Part shown: positions 9,937 to 20,336 of the stretch, one piece after another
Numbering within the stretch: the first letter of the stretch is position 1
Layout: the number at the start of each line of letters is the position of its first letter
Assembly: GCA_965205865.1 (NCBI GenBank)
Contig: CBDBHR010000030.1
Coordinates: forward strand, 1,311,653 to 1,375,652
Origin: a bacterium
GTDB taxonomy: Bacteria; SAR324; NAC60-12
Length of the DNA stretch: 64,000 nucleotides
Direction: 5' to 3'
Translations under genes and position numbers: made by a program
The notes under the pieces: generated by a model
Told to the model about the DNA's origin: nothing
Databases searched by the model: none
The model's input: the letters and a program-made list of their open reading frames with translations, nothing else

Positions 9937-10701
9937 AAAAAAAAGGGGACAGATTTATTTTAATTTAATATGTCAGCCAGAGGAAATCTTTTGAAGGAAT
10001 GCGATACCCCGTCAAGCTAGAATCATAGTGCCCAGTTATCCTCATCATGTTCTGCAAAGGGGCCATAATTAACAGGTGGTCTTTGCCGAGAAAGAGGATT
10101 ATGCGCATTATCCGAACAATCTATGGGAGGCCAAGCGACTCTTTGGTATTCAAGCTTATGCTTATTGTTCAATGACCAACAATGTCCACTTCCTCCTGAA
10201 TCCTGGAGAACAGAGTGAGCAGTTGGGACAGTTTATGACATTTATAGCAGGACGCCAAACACGCTATGTCAATCAATTAGTGGGACGAACCGTGAGCAGT
10301 TGGGACAGTTTATGACATTTATAGCAGGACGCCAAACACGCTATGTCAATCAATTAGTGGGACGAACCGGAACCTTGTGGGAGGAACGTTTTAAATCGAG
10401 CCTGATTGAAAGTGAAAGGTATTTACTGACCTGCTGCCGCTACATTGAAATCAACCCTGTTCGGGCGAAAATGGTTCTTCTTGCTGAAGACTATGAATGG
10501 TCCGGTTTTCAGGAGAAAATCGGGTAATGGAAAAAAAGCTCGTTGATCCGGATCCGTTTTACCAAAGTTTAGGAAAAACATTACCAACCCTGCAACAGGG
10601 ACCGAGCGGTTTGTCGATCAAGTCGAAAAAAATAGGCGTGAAAGTGGAATGCTGGGGTCAAGGGCGTCCAAAAACCCAAAAATAAATCAGTCCTCTTTTT
10701 T
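9937..10701 (+). mobile_element. RAYT (Y1 HUH tyrosine transposase) pseudogene between inverted repeats
   Basis: PRQARIIVPSYPHHVLQRGHN*, MTNNVHFL, GTLWEERFKS and RYIEINPVRA motifs with stops and frameshifts. IRs AAAAGGGGACAGATTTATTT (up to 9960) / AAATAAATCAGTCCTCTTTT (from 10680). Confidence 0.85.
10215..10368. repeat. Perfect 77-bp tandem duplication
   Basis: GTGAGCAGTTGGGACAG...GGGACGAACC at 10215-10291 and 10292-10368. It frameshifts the RAYT. Confidence 0.95.
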
Positions 10702-10925
10702 AAAGGTGGCTTCGACCAGCGCCTTCACATCCGCTTCGACAGAAACGTCGGTACGGATGAAATGGGCATTCTCGCCCAGCCGGGCAGACAGCGCCTGTCC
10801 TGCTTCCTCCCCACGGGCAGCAATCATCACCCGGTCATTTTCGGCTACAAATAATTCCACCATGCCAGCGCCCATTCCGTTGTTGCCCCCGGTGACGATC
10901 GCGACTTTGCCAGCCAGTCTTCCTG
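10702..10925 (-). pseudogene. SDR oxidoreductase N-terminal fragment
   Basis: RLAGKVAIVTGGNNGMG...TDVSVEADV; cut at the RAYT IR; no start codon. Confidence 0.75.
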
Positions 10926-10934
10926 TGTTGTGTT

Positions 10935-11789
10935 CTACCGGGCCATTACCTGTCCGCTGTCGACAGCGATGATCTGAGCGGACATATGTTTCGACTCAGG
11001 GAGGCTTATGAACACCACTGTCTGCGCGACGTCTTCGACTGTCGGCAGTTCACCAAGCGGAACAGGCAGGACAAGCTCAGGAAATTTGCTCTCGGCGATA
11101 CCAGCGAAAAATTCATCAGGTGTCATGCTTCGATATTCCTCGAACTTTTCTGTGACACGGCGGAAGTTCCCATGCCAAGCGTCGGTGATTACGATCCCCG
11201 GACATATGCAATTGACCGTTACCCCAAAGGGGCCAAGCCTGCGCGCCAGAGTCTGAGTATAGCTGCTGATTGCCGTCTTCATCGCGGCATACTCCGGAGT
11301 TGAGATGACCGAAAGCCCCCGCTCCGAGCCAGTGTAGCGCCCGGCGTTCGAGCCGATGTTGATGATTCGACCCGCTTTGCGCTCGCGGAAATGTGGTGCC
11401 AATGCCTCCGACATGAGCACCGGTGCGCGCAACGTGAGCTGATAGGTCCCATCCCAGGACGAAACCACATCTGCGAGTGATCCGTGAGTTGGTTCCGTTT
11501 TTGCCTTAGCGCCGCCACCCACGTTGTTCACAAGAATATCGACGCCGCCCATCGTCTCAATTGACCGGTCGACAAGTGCTGTGACGTTCTCCGGGGCGGT
11601 GATATCACCAGGCACGGCCAGCACTCGGCGGCCGAGAGCTTTTACCTCGGCGGCCACTGCTGTTGCCGACGCCTCACTGAACGAGTTGAGAACGATGTCA
11701 ACCCCCTCGCGTGCCAGGGCCAAGACGATTCCCCTACCGATACCCCGCCCTGCTGCGGTCACTAGTGCAACTTTCCCTTGAAGTCTCAT
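10935..11789 (-). CDS. SDR family oxidoreductase
   Basis: TAAGRGIG, DILVNNVG, YAAMK and VNCICPG motifs. Confidence 0.92.
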   Translation of the reverse strand: MRLQGKVALVTAAGRGIGRGIVLALAREGVDIVLNSFSEASATAVAAEVKALGRRVLAVPGDITAPENVTALVDRSIETMGGVDILVNNVGGGAKAKTEPTHGSLADVVSSWDGTYQLTLRAPVLMSEALAPHFRERKAGRIINIGSNAGRYTGSERGLSVISTPEYAAMKTAISSYTQTLARRLGPFGVTVNCICPGIVITDAWHGNFRRVTEKFEEYRSMTPDEFFAGIAESKFPELVLPVPLGELPTVEDVAQTVVFISLPESKHMSAQIIAVDSGQVMAR

Positions 11790-11834
11790 TGATTTACCTT
11801 TCTAGACAATTAGAATATCTGATAGGGTTAATTT

Positions 11835-12023
11835 CGGGGTCAAGCTTGCAAATTTGGAAAAACCAGGTTAACCGGTGAGTTCCTGTTTTTGCTTTTATCC
11901 CTGAGATATGGGTTTCGTCAGTTGAAGCAACGGATCGAGCAATCCCGGAGGCTCCAAGATCGCCGCGAAACTCTCCGGACTCGAATCTTTATTTAAAATT
12001 CTAAAATTCCAAGCTTGACCCCG
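11835..12023. repeat. REP-like inverted repeat pair
   Basis: CGGGGTCAAGCTTGCAAATTT ... AAATTCCAAGCTTGACCCCG; related to 23575-23672. Confidence 0.6.
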
Positions 12024-12176
12024 TTACGATCCCTTCCTTTAATCAGGCTCTGAGGCCTGAACAAAAGTAGTAACTCCTCAGACCAGACTTGGCCTGCCAT
12101 TCACTATTCCCGTATCTTATCGATCCAGCACCCACTGTCCTCAGGCCATCCATGGCTGGATTTGTCATACCAATAC

Positions 12177-13738
12177 CTAAATCATCGCCTCGATGAGCGA
12201 CGGGCCGGGTGAATTCAACGAATCCGCCAACACCTTATTGAACTGTTCGGCCGTTGTGACCCGCCACGCCGGTACGCCCATGCCTTCCGCCAGAGAGACC
12301 CAGTTGAGTTCCGGGTTCGTCAGGTCGAGCATACTCATCGCCTTCGGTCCCGGGTTGTGGGCGCCGACGCGTCCGAACTCGATCTGCAGAATCGAGTATT
12401 TCTGATTGGCAAAGATGATTGTGGTTACGTCGAGCTTTTCACGCGCCTGGGTCCACAGAGCCTGCAGCGTGTACATTCCGCCGCCGTCGGCTTGCAAACA
12501 AATCACGCGGCGATTGGGTGCGGCGACAGCCGCGCCCGTCGCGCACGGTTGCCCATAGCCGATCGAACCGCCGGTCAGCATGAGCCAGTCATGAGGCGGA
12601 GACGTACGCGTAAACCCGGTGCATCCCCTGCCGCACGTGCCGCTTTCGTCCACGACGATCGCATTCTCGGGAAACTGATGGGCCAACGAAGCACCGATCG
12701 ATCCCGGCGTGAGGTCTCCTTTGGGCAAGTCGGGAAGTTCCAGCTCCACTAGATTGGCTTGTGTGCTGGCGGCGCCGACCGCATCGGCAAGAGCCGCCAA
12801 GGCTGCAGTCACGTCCTCATCGCGTTCGACAAGCGTGAGCAATTCGCAACCCTCCGGCGTCAACCAATTCGCTTGTCGGGATAAGCGAAAAAGGTGACGG
12901 GCGGTTGCGAACTCACCAAGATCAAATGTCTGGTACCGGCCAACACCCCCGCCGCTTGCTCACCGAAGTAAGGCAGGCGCTGCAGTTCCGCTCGCCCCGC
13001 ACCTCGTTGCAGACGCGGAATGAACGTATCCATGATCACGCGCCCGCCCGTAGTTTGGGCGATCCGATCCGCCAAGGCAGATCGCTCCTCGGTGATGTGG
13101 CCGTTCATCAGAAAAACCGCCGGCTCACCAGTCTTCAATGCTTTGGCAACCGCGTCGATGTTGTCTCCGGACGGATTCTTCGGCTCGATACGAGGCAGCG
13201 GCTTACCCCGCGACGTCGTGCGACTCCATGCGGTGTCCGCCGGGAGAATCAAGGTGGCGACCTGTCCGGGAGGCGCCATTGCCGCTTGTACCGCTTCCGC
13301 GCCGTCCGCGGCTACTTCATCGGCCGATTGCGAAACCTTGACCCAGCCCGAAACCGGGCGGGCCACTCCCTCGACGTCGGACGTCAACGGCGCATCGTAC
13401 TTACGATGATACGTCGCGTGATCACCAACGACGTTTACGACCGGTGTTCTCGCCTTCTTGGCATTGTGCAGGTTTGCCCAGCCGTTGCTGAACCCCGGAC
13501 CCAAATGAGTCAGCGTCGCAGCGGGCTTGCCCGCCATGCGCCCATAACCGTCAGCGGCGCCTGTGACAATCCCCTCGAACAAACCCAGAATGCAGCGCAT
13601 CTCCGGGTTGGTATCCAACGCTGCCACAAAGTGCATTTCCGATGTTCCCGGATTCGCAAAACAGACGTCGACGTCCGCATCCACAAAGGTTTGCACCAGA
13701 CTTTCCGCGCCACTGCGGTCCGGTTTCTCTTCAGACAT
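12177..13738 (-). pseudogene. TPP-dependent acetolactate synthase large-subunit-like protein, single frameshift near 12870
   Basis: FANPGTSEMH N-domain and QADGGGMY...FANQKY TPP motif are in two frames. One base restores PDK.NWLTPEG. Confidence 0.85.
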
Positions 13739-13858
13739 GAATCTCCCCTAAAAAAGGTTACAGTTTTTTAATAGCCCTAGAACTATTTTACACATCGCAA
13801 GTTAGTCCTAAAACCATTTTACCGATTTTTAGTTCTAGAACAACCCCTTTTGGTGCGC

Positions 13859-14824
13859 TTACCAGTTGAAAGGGTTGATCAGTCGAGCCAGGAACCCTCG
13901 TTTGCGTTTGCCCTTCGCAGCGCCATAACTGCCCTGGCCACCCCGCAGCCGGGGATCGAGCAAATCGCGCAGGGCGTCGCCAAACATGTTGACGCTGAAG
14001 ACGGTGATCATCAAGGACATCCCCGGCCAGAAGGCGAGTCCCGGATTGGACTCCATGTATTGACGTCCCTCCCAATTGAGCATCCCCCCCCAACTAGGGG
14101 TCCCATGGGATAGACCATAACCCAGAAAGCTTAAACCGGCTTCAGCAATGATCACATTGCCGATGGTGATGGTAAAAAGGACGATGACCGTCGCAAAGAT
14201 ATTGGGAAGAATATGCCGCAGCAGGATTCTGAAATGACCGTTGCCAATGGCATGGGCGGCGACGACATACTCGTTTGCTTTAATGGCGATGACCGCGCTG
14301 CGGATCACCCGCGAGTTGACGATGCCCGTACTGATCCCCAAGACCAGGACGAGTTGGAGGGAGCCTCGGCCGAGCAAAGCCATGAAGGTGATGATGATGA
14401 GTAAGCCTGGGAAGGCCATCCAGGCATCGACAAACCGTTGCACGGTCAGATCCAATTTTCCTCCAAAGAATCCCGTCGGCACCCCAATGAACAGAGCCAC
14501 GATCAAATGAAGCGTGGTCGTGATCAAGCCCACTAAGATCGTCACCCGGGCTCCCCAGATGATGCGGGACAAGACATCAGCCCCGATCTCGTCGGTACCA
14601 AGCCAGAACCTGGCGGACGGTCCTTCCAGAATGGCATCGAAGTGGGCCTGATGAATACCATAGGGGATAATCAAATCGGCAAAGACCGCTATCAGAAATA
14701 TGAACAAAATGATGAACCCACAAAATGCCCCCAATGGTTTCTCCCGAATCAGTCTCCGGAGAAAATCCGCCACGCGTGAGGGTTTCTTTAATTGAACCGT
14801 CATGGTTTCTAATTTCTCATTCAT
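13859..14824 (-). CDS. Peptide/nickel ABC transporter permease (DppC/OppC-like)
   Basis: LGTDEIGADVLSRIIWG, EYVVAAHAIG and GDALRDLLDPR motifs. Confidence 0.92.
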   Translation of the reverse strand: MNEKLETMTVQLKKPSRVADFLRRLIREKPLGAFCGFIILFIFLIAVFADLIIPYGIHQAHFDAILEGPSARFWLGTDEIGADVLSRIIWGARVTILVGLITTTLHLIVALFIGVPTGFFGGKLDLTVQRFVDAWMAFPGLLIIITFMALLGRGSLQLVLVLGISTGIVNSRVIRSAVIAIKANEYVVAAHAIGNGHFRILLRHILPNIFATVIVLFTITIGNVIIAEAGLSFLGYGLSHGTPSWGGMLNWEGRQYMESNPGLAFWPGMSLMITVFSVNMFGDALRDLLDPRLRGGQGSYGAAKGKRKRGFLARLINPFNW

Positions 14825-14837
14825 TGCTTCCCCTCTT

Positions 14838-15788
14838 TCAGCGGTAATGCACTCTCGGATCCAGCCAGCTGTAGGTGAGGTCCACGATGACATTCACCAG
14901 AACAACAGCCACGGCGACCACCAGGTTCAGTGCGGACACGGTGGTATAGTCCCGATCGTTGAGCGCACTCAGCATCAATCGGCCTAATCCGGGAATGACG
15001 AAAATCTGCTCTATGACCAGGGAACCACTGATCAGCCATGGAACGGCCAGTCCGATCAAGGTGACCACCGGAATCAAAGCATTCTTGATGGCATGGCGTA
15101 TAATGACGACCCGCTCCTTGAGCCCCTTGGACCAGGCGGTGCGGATATAGTCCTGCCGCAACACTTCCAGCATCATCGTCCGGGTCATCCTCATGACCTG
15201 ACCGGCGATCGTCATCGCAATGATTGCGGCGGGAATGAGCAACATCCCCATGTTGCCCAAGGGGTTTTGCGTGAAAGGAATATACACCATGGGCGGTGCC
15301 CATCCCCAGTAAATCGCCGGGTAGATCATGACCATCGCTCCCAGCCAGAAATGGGGGATGGAAATGGCACCGATAGAGAAACCGCGCCCGAGATAGTCCC
15401 CAAGGGTATCTTGCTGGATTGCTGAATAGATACCGATGGGCACCCCCACGAGTAAGGAGATAATCAGAGCCATCAAACCCAGCTCAAACGTCACCGCGAT
15501 TCTGGGGAAGATGATGGGGTTCACCGTACCGAAGGTGACCAAAGACTTGCCGAGATCCCCTTCCGTAAAGATGCCTTTCATCCAGCGAAGGTACTGCACG
15601 TGAGCGGGAACATCGAGCCCCAGGGTTTTTTCAATCGCCTCGCGTACATCTCTCGATGAACCTGCTTCAGCGATCAACAAGTCTACGATGTCACCCGGCA
15701 TTAAACGTACCGAGGCGAAGACAATCAGGGATACGATAAAAATCGTTGGAATAATGAGCAGTATTCTTCGGATGGCGTAGGTCGTCAT
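14838..15788 (-). CDS. Peptide/nickel ABC transporter permease (DppB/OppB-like)
   Basis: QYLRW...GDLGKSL, QDYIRTAWSKGL and DLTYSWLDPR motifs. Confidence 0.93.
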   Translation of the reverse strand: MTTYAIRRILLIIPTIFIVSLIVFASVRLMPGDIVDLLIAEAGSSRDVREAIEKTLGLDVPAHVQYLRWMKGIFTEGDLGKSLVTFGTVNPIIFPRIAVTFELGLMALIISLLVGVPIGIYSAIQQDTLGDYLGRGFSIGAISIPHFWLGAMVMIYPAIYWGWAPPMVYIPFTQNPLGNMGMLLIPAAIIAMTIAGQVMRMTRTMMLEVLRQDYIRTAWSKGLKERVVIIRHAIKNALIPVVTLIGLAVPWLISGSLVIEQIFVIPGLGRLMLSALNDRDYTTVSALNLVVAVAVVLVNVIVDLTYSWLDPRVHYR

Positions 15789-15819
15789 AAAGATAATTTT
15801 CTGATTAAGGAATGCCCGT

Positions 15820-16914
15820 TTAAATCACCCAATCATGCCAAAGATTGTCTTTGGTCGGCACTTCGGTGTCCTCTGTGAAGTTGAAGGCGTCGACCCACCA
15901 CTGATTGGTCTTACCAGGGCCAAACACATCGTCGTCATCGAAGAAACTTAAATCACCTTTCTGAAAGTCACACGGCACCACCAGGCGAATACGCGGCTTG
16001 TCGTCTATGGCGGAAAAATTCATGCCTCCTGAGTGGATCAGTCGCGGATGCCAGAAGACCACATCTCCAGGCGCACCGCAAAACTCAACTGGACTGACAT
16101 TGCTGACAATCCGATCAAATTCATTGAAAAAAACCATCAGTCTGTCCGTTGCACTAATCTTGGTGCTGTGACAGGTATCCCAAGTGGGATGGAGAAGGAT
16201 GTGGGATCCCGGCCATACCGTGAAACCTCCGCATCTCGGTGGTATTTCATTGATAAGAACCATCGCGGAGAGATAGGCGGGATTGGGGTCCACGTGCGGG
16301 CCGAGCCTTTTTGGTTCCTCTTCAGCCAGTGGCGCGACACCATAAATTCCGCGTACTCTTTGGGTCGGTCTGAGAGGCGTGCCAATAAACTGTGCAACGA
16401 CTTGCTGGACGTTTGGGTGATTTGTCGTCAAAGCAAGCAGCCAATTTTCAATACCGAATCGTGTTGGTGAGCGAAACTTAAAAGAATTTCCACCCACTTT
16501 ACCCAAGCATTGACTATCTTCTGTCGTCAGTTTTTCCCCTCTGTGTGACCAAGTCGAGGTCTCATCACGCTGCATGTAATAGTCAGGCACATGCTCCCAA
16601 AAATAATCTTCAATTCTTCTCAATCCTTCTTTATCCTTCACAAGGCCACGTTTGACAATAAACCCCTGCGACTTGAAATGCTCGATTTCCGCTTTTGATA
16701 ATTTGACCTGCTCGGCCCCTTCGAGACGGTCTTCATAAGGGATGGGCTCAAGGGATGTGAGGGGCGCATTCTTATTAATTTTTAGGTTTAAGACTGGGTG
16801 AGTTGAAACCCTCCCCTCGTAATCGGCTGGTGGGGGAACGCTTACTTCTTCTATCACTTTAGCTTGTCCGGATTGGTAATTGATGGGTGGGTAGCAAAAT
16901 TTAAGGTCTTCCAT
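15820..16914 (-). CDS. Phytanoyl-CoA dioxygenase (PhyH) family Fe(II)/2OG enzyme
   Basis: EIEHFKSQGFIV, HVD, GGFTVWPGSH and GDVVFWH..LIHSG motifs. Confidence 0.8.
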   Translation of the reverse strand: MEDLKFCYPPINYQSGQAKVIEEVSVPPPADYEGRVSTHPVLNLKINKNAPLTSLEPIPYEDRLEGAEQVKLSKAEIEHFKSQGFIVKRGLVKDKEGLRRIEDYFWEHVPDYYMQRDETSTWSHRGEKLTTEDSQCLGKVGGNSFKFRSPTRFGIENWLLALTTNHPNVQQVVAQFIGTPLRPTQRVRGIYGVAPLAEEEPKRLGPHVDPNPAYLSAMVLINEIPPRCGGFTVWPGSHILLHPTWDTCHSTKISATDRLMVFFNEFDRIVSNVSPVEFCGAPGDVVFWHPRLIHSGGMNFSAIDDKPRIRLVVPCDFQKGDLSFFDDDDVFGPGKTNQWWVDAFNFTEDTEVPTKDNLWHDWVI

Positions 16915-17027
16915 TGAGTTCCTTTTGATGAGGAGATTAATTTTATCTGATTAAACCACGTCCTTTGAGCGGGGATCCGAATGCGGCCCAGCCTAGTTGT
17001 GGTCAGAGACAATCGGCTCTGCCAGAA

Positions 17028-17198
17028 ACGTGCACGTGTTCGTAATCGTGCTCGTGCACGTGCTCGATTTCAGTGCTCCAGGTTCCCTTGAGATGGGGAA
17101 TTCATTAGAACAGAATACAAGACATAGAATGAGTTCTTGCTGTATTGGATTGTGTTTCGTTCACGAGCACGAGCACGTCTCACGAGTACGATCACGAG
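17028..17198. repeat. Inverted blocks of degenerate hexamer repeats (CGTGCT/AGCACG)
   Basis: CGTGCACGTGTTCGTAATCGTGCTCGTGCACGTGCTCG (17029-17066) faces CACGAGCACGAGCACGTCTCACGAGTACGATCACGAG (17162-17198). Confidence 0.6.
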
Positions 17199-17291
17199 AA
17201 GTCCCTTCCAGGGGCCAATCAAAACCACCTTCTTAGGCGGACGGCCAGTTGTGGACGGCCAGTCAAGGTGGATTCTTTACTGTCAATAAAC

Positions 17292-17336
17292 AAAAAAAGC
17301 AAGGCAATGGGAGAGCCCGATCACCTTGCCTTTTTT
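17292..17336. terminator. Probable intrinsic terminator downstream of the SBP gene
   Basis: AAGGCAATGG...CCTTGCCTT stem flanked by an A-run and a T-run. Confidence 0.4.
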
Positions 17337-17370
17337 AAAATGGCTGAACAAATAAAGTATCGAATTACTT

Positions 17371-19173
17371 CTAATGACCCATTTCTTTCTTCATGTCCTG
17401 GTAAATCCAGTAACGACTTAAGACATCGAAGGCAGGCCTTCCCTGCAGGTTAGCTTCTCCATTGGCACCACCGAGCCAGGGCCACCACATCCTGACACTT
17501 GTTGGTGTAACACTGGAGATCACCCAGTGGTTCTTCAAGACGTAAAAATCCGCTTCACGGGCTAACCTTCGTTGCTCTTCCAGGGTATCTGCCTCCGCTA
17601 CTCTTGCACACAAGTCATCAAAATGGGCATCGTTGGCCCTCACACTGTCGGTCGGTGATTTCGAACCAGGACCCGTGAGACAAGCCCAATCAGGGGCATT
17701 CCCTCTATATCCTCTCTGTCCCCAGGTGATTTGGCTGGAGCCGTTTTTCATATTATCGATAAGCTCGTTTTGACTGATGGTCTTGATCTCCAGATCGACC
17801 CCCACCTCGGCAAAATAACTTTTAACGATCCTGGCGTAACCGGGGTCCATCCCATACCAACCGGGGGCTAATTCGTAAATGGCCTTGAATCTGAAACCGT
17901 CTGATCCCACAGGCAGTCCTGCTTCATCGAGGAGTTTCTTTGCCCTTTCAGGGTTATAGGTATACTCTGCCTTAAGTTCCTCATCAGGCCATTCATCATA
18001 AGACTCGATCCATGGTAACCTGTAACCATCATAAATTCCTTTTATTTGTGTGCTGGCAAACCCTTTGAAATAGCTCTTTGCAATGGTCTCTCGGTCGATA
18101 GACATTTGCAGTGCCTTGCGCACCTTTAATTTCTCAAAGGGAGGGACCTTCTGGTTCATGGCAAGATGCATCCCCTCAGCGCCTAATACATTAAGGTATT
18201 TTACTTCAGGGTTTTTCTCGATGATGGCTGGGGCATCTTTAGAAGGAATTTCTCGGATCCAATCCAGCTGGCCTGTACGGAACGCGGCCAGTCGGGTCCC
18301 GGCGTCTTCAATGATGAGCCCTTTTATTTCATCGGCATAGGGAAGCTTATAGCCTGGGAAAACCGGATCCATGGCCCAGTAGTTGGGATTTTTGGCATAA
18401 GTGATATGGGAGCCTGAGGCATACTCTTTGATCATGTAAGGACCCGTGCCGACGACGTGTTCCCAGCTGACAAAATTCCCCCATTGCTCGAGGATCTCGG
18501 GTGGGTTGATTTGCGTGCCATGCCATGGCCTCCATACCTGAGTTAAAAATGTGGGCATATTTTTAATGAATTTGAACTCAACCGTCCAATCATCAGTAGC
18601 GGTGATTGATTTGACCACGGTGCCTTTCCATTCAGGAACGTTGGGGTTCGGCTCTTGCCCCTCAAATTTCCCGATCCCTAACATCCGTTGAAAACAATAC
18701 GCAACATCTTTCGCGTTCATCTCCCGGCCACCTACCAGCTTGCCCCCTGGGGTATCCGGTTCGTGGAAATGGATACCTTTGCGAATTTTTAAGATGTAGG
18801 TGAGGCGATCGGGTCGCTCCCAGCTTTCGGCGAGCCAGGGTGTGGTATGTTCGAATTCAGTTTCATATAAGGAAAAATCTTGTCCATTCGGATCATATTG
18901 TGTCCAATCCGCTACAAACAATTTCTCCAGCAGAATACCCGCACCCCGGGTTGCTTTATACCCCGAGACATGCGCGTCAAATGAGCCTGGGTCAAAAAGA
19001 AAGGGGAAGGTGATTGTCCCCCCATACTGAGGCGGTCTGATCATCTCTCCGGTTCTCTGGTCTCGGATCAACTGCTCGGCAGACGCGGCCGAACCCGCCA
19101 TGAAAACTGCCACCCCCATCATGAAGGCCGGCAGGGTTGCACTTAATGTGAATCTTCTTTTTTGAGTAAACAT
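17371..19173 (-). CDS. ABC transporter substrate-binding protein, family 5
   Basis: Signal peptide (MFTQKRR...ASA), PQYGG, LAESWE, IRKGIHFH, VGTGPY and KVRKAL motifs. RBS AAGGA supports ATG at 19173. Confidence 0.92.
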   Translation of the reverse strand: MFTQKRRFTLSATLPAFMMGVAVFMAGSAASAEQLIRDQRTGEMIRPPQYGGTITFPFLFDPGSFDAHVSGYKATRGAGILLEKLFVADWTQYDPNGQDFSLYETEFEHTTPWLAESWERPDRLTYILKIRKGIHFHEPDTPGGKLVGGREMNAKDVAYCFQRMLGIGKFEGQEPNPNVPEWKGTVVKSITATDDWTVEFKFIKNMPTFLTQVWRPWHGTQINPPEILEQWGNFVSWEHVVGTGPYMIKEYASGSHITYAKNPNYWAMDPVFPGYKLPYADEIKGLIIEDAGTRLAAFRTGQLDWIREIPSKDAPAIIEKNPEVKYLNVLGAEGMHLAMNQKVPPFEKLKVRKALQMSIDRETIAKSYFKGFASTQIKGIYDGYRLPWIESYDEWPDEELKAEYTYNPERAKKLLDEAGLPVGSDGFRFKAIYELAPGWYGMDPGYARIVKSYFAEVGVDLEIKTISQNELIDNMKNGSSQITWGQRGYRGNAPDWACLTGPGSKSPTDSVRANDAHFDDLCARVAEADTLEEQRRLAREADFYVLKNHWVISSVTPTSVRMWWPWLGGANGEANLQGRPAFDVLSRYWIYQDMKKEMGH

Positions 19174-19304
19174 ATTTTTCCTTTCGCATGTATGTTCAAA
19201 ATTAAGGATTACTTTAAAACCTGCTTTGATTCCCGAAAGCACGTTCTCGACGATTTCTCTAATTATAAATTTCATTTAGACCTTTCTTGTTATTTAGTTT
19301 GAAG
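19097..19304 (-). repeat. 208-bp leader/signal-peptide module, copy 1
   Basis: Colinear and highly similar to 30629-30836. Confidence 0.92.
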
Positions 19305-19425
19305 CAATAAAAATTCATTTTCTGCTTACGTGATTTCACCATAGGCTTCTCCTGATAAGATTAATGACTAAAAAAAGGGCGCACTCAGGTGTCCATGATT
19401 TTGCAAATTCCCCCTTGCCGATTCA

Positions 19426-19682
19426 GGAACTTGGGATTTGGAACTGGGAATCTTAAGGATCTCTTCCCCTCGGACTGGGCGTCGCCGTCGAGATGACACC
19501 AGGGGATAGAACTTGGGATTGGGAATTTGTTGCTTGGGGCTTGGAACTGAGAATTTGAGACTAGGAACTTGGAACTAGGTACTTGGTGCCGGGTTGCCGG
19601 GTGCCGGGTGCCGGGTGAGTTTGTTGATAATTTCTTCGGCAGTTTTAGTCCAGACATAGGGGTGCCGGGTGCCGGGTGCCGG
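19426..19682. repeat. Degenerate heptamer tandem repeats (GGAACTT-type and GGTGCCG-type)
   Basis: GGAACTTGGGATTTGGAACTGGGAAT; GGTGCCGGGTTGCCGGGTGCCGGGTGCCGGGT; GGTGCCGGGTGCCGGGTGCCGG. Confidence 0.7.
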
Positions 19683-19727
19683 ATTGTACTCTCATTTTAA
19701 CCTCTTGTCAAGTTATTTTTATTTTAT

Positions 19728-19956
19728 ATTTGAAACGGGTTAATTTCAGACTTTCATGTCCTCCTGATGGTACGACCGCAAAGTGAAGGATCGCATGATT
19801 GCCCTTTTGTCCCTGGAAGAAACTATTGCATAGTCGCTTTGCAACTGAAAGCTGACCGCAGAAAGCGAAAAGCCGTTTCTCGATAGCGACTATTTAGAGG
19901 AGAATATTTTATATCCATTTGAAACGGGTTAATTTCAGACTTTCATGTCCTCCTGA
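19728..19956. repeat. Perfect 40-bp direct repeat around a 149-bp spacer
   Basis: ATTTGAAACGGGTTAATTTCAGACTTTCATGTCCTCCTGA at 19728-19767 and 19917-19956. Confidence 0.92.
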
Positions 19957-20061
19957 AAACATAATATTTTTTAGGATCTTGAAAAAGCGTTATTGGAAAA
20001 ACAATCGGCAGGCCTTCTTTAGGAAATTGCTTCAGGTATTGCTCATAAATCCCCACTAAAT

Positions 20062-20212
20062 ATACGATGTGCTCTGGCCATTTTGTTGATTTCTTTAAAA
20101 GGTGCTTTTGACCCACAAAAAGAAGGTTCTAAGAGCCAATATTCGCTTATATTTTTTAAAATATATAATCATAACAATGGAGTAAATAAAATAATTTGGT
20201 GCGACCCGATTT
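20062..20212 (-). mobile_element. RAYT end fragment
   Basis: Near-identical to 22521-22675; ends in AAATAATTTGGTGCGACCCGATTT. Confidence 0.8.
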
Positions 20213-20336
20213 CCAAGTGACCTTGAGGTCGTTCTATTTTCATCTATATATCTTGGCGTTTTCATAATTTTAGGTTAATTTACATGAGTAATGGAAATCA
20301 ATAATAACTAAGTGAAGTAGATAAGGTAATAGGAAC

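Noticed and set aside
19174-19275. N-terminal extension MKFIIREIVENV... of both SBPs (also 30706-30807)
   Set aside because: An RBS and a typical signal peptide begin at 19173 and 30705. The extension is part of the shared leader, although its open frame in both copies means translation cannot be fully excluded.
19728-19956. CRISPR array
   Set aside because: Only two repeats, a 149-bp spacer and no cas genes.
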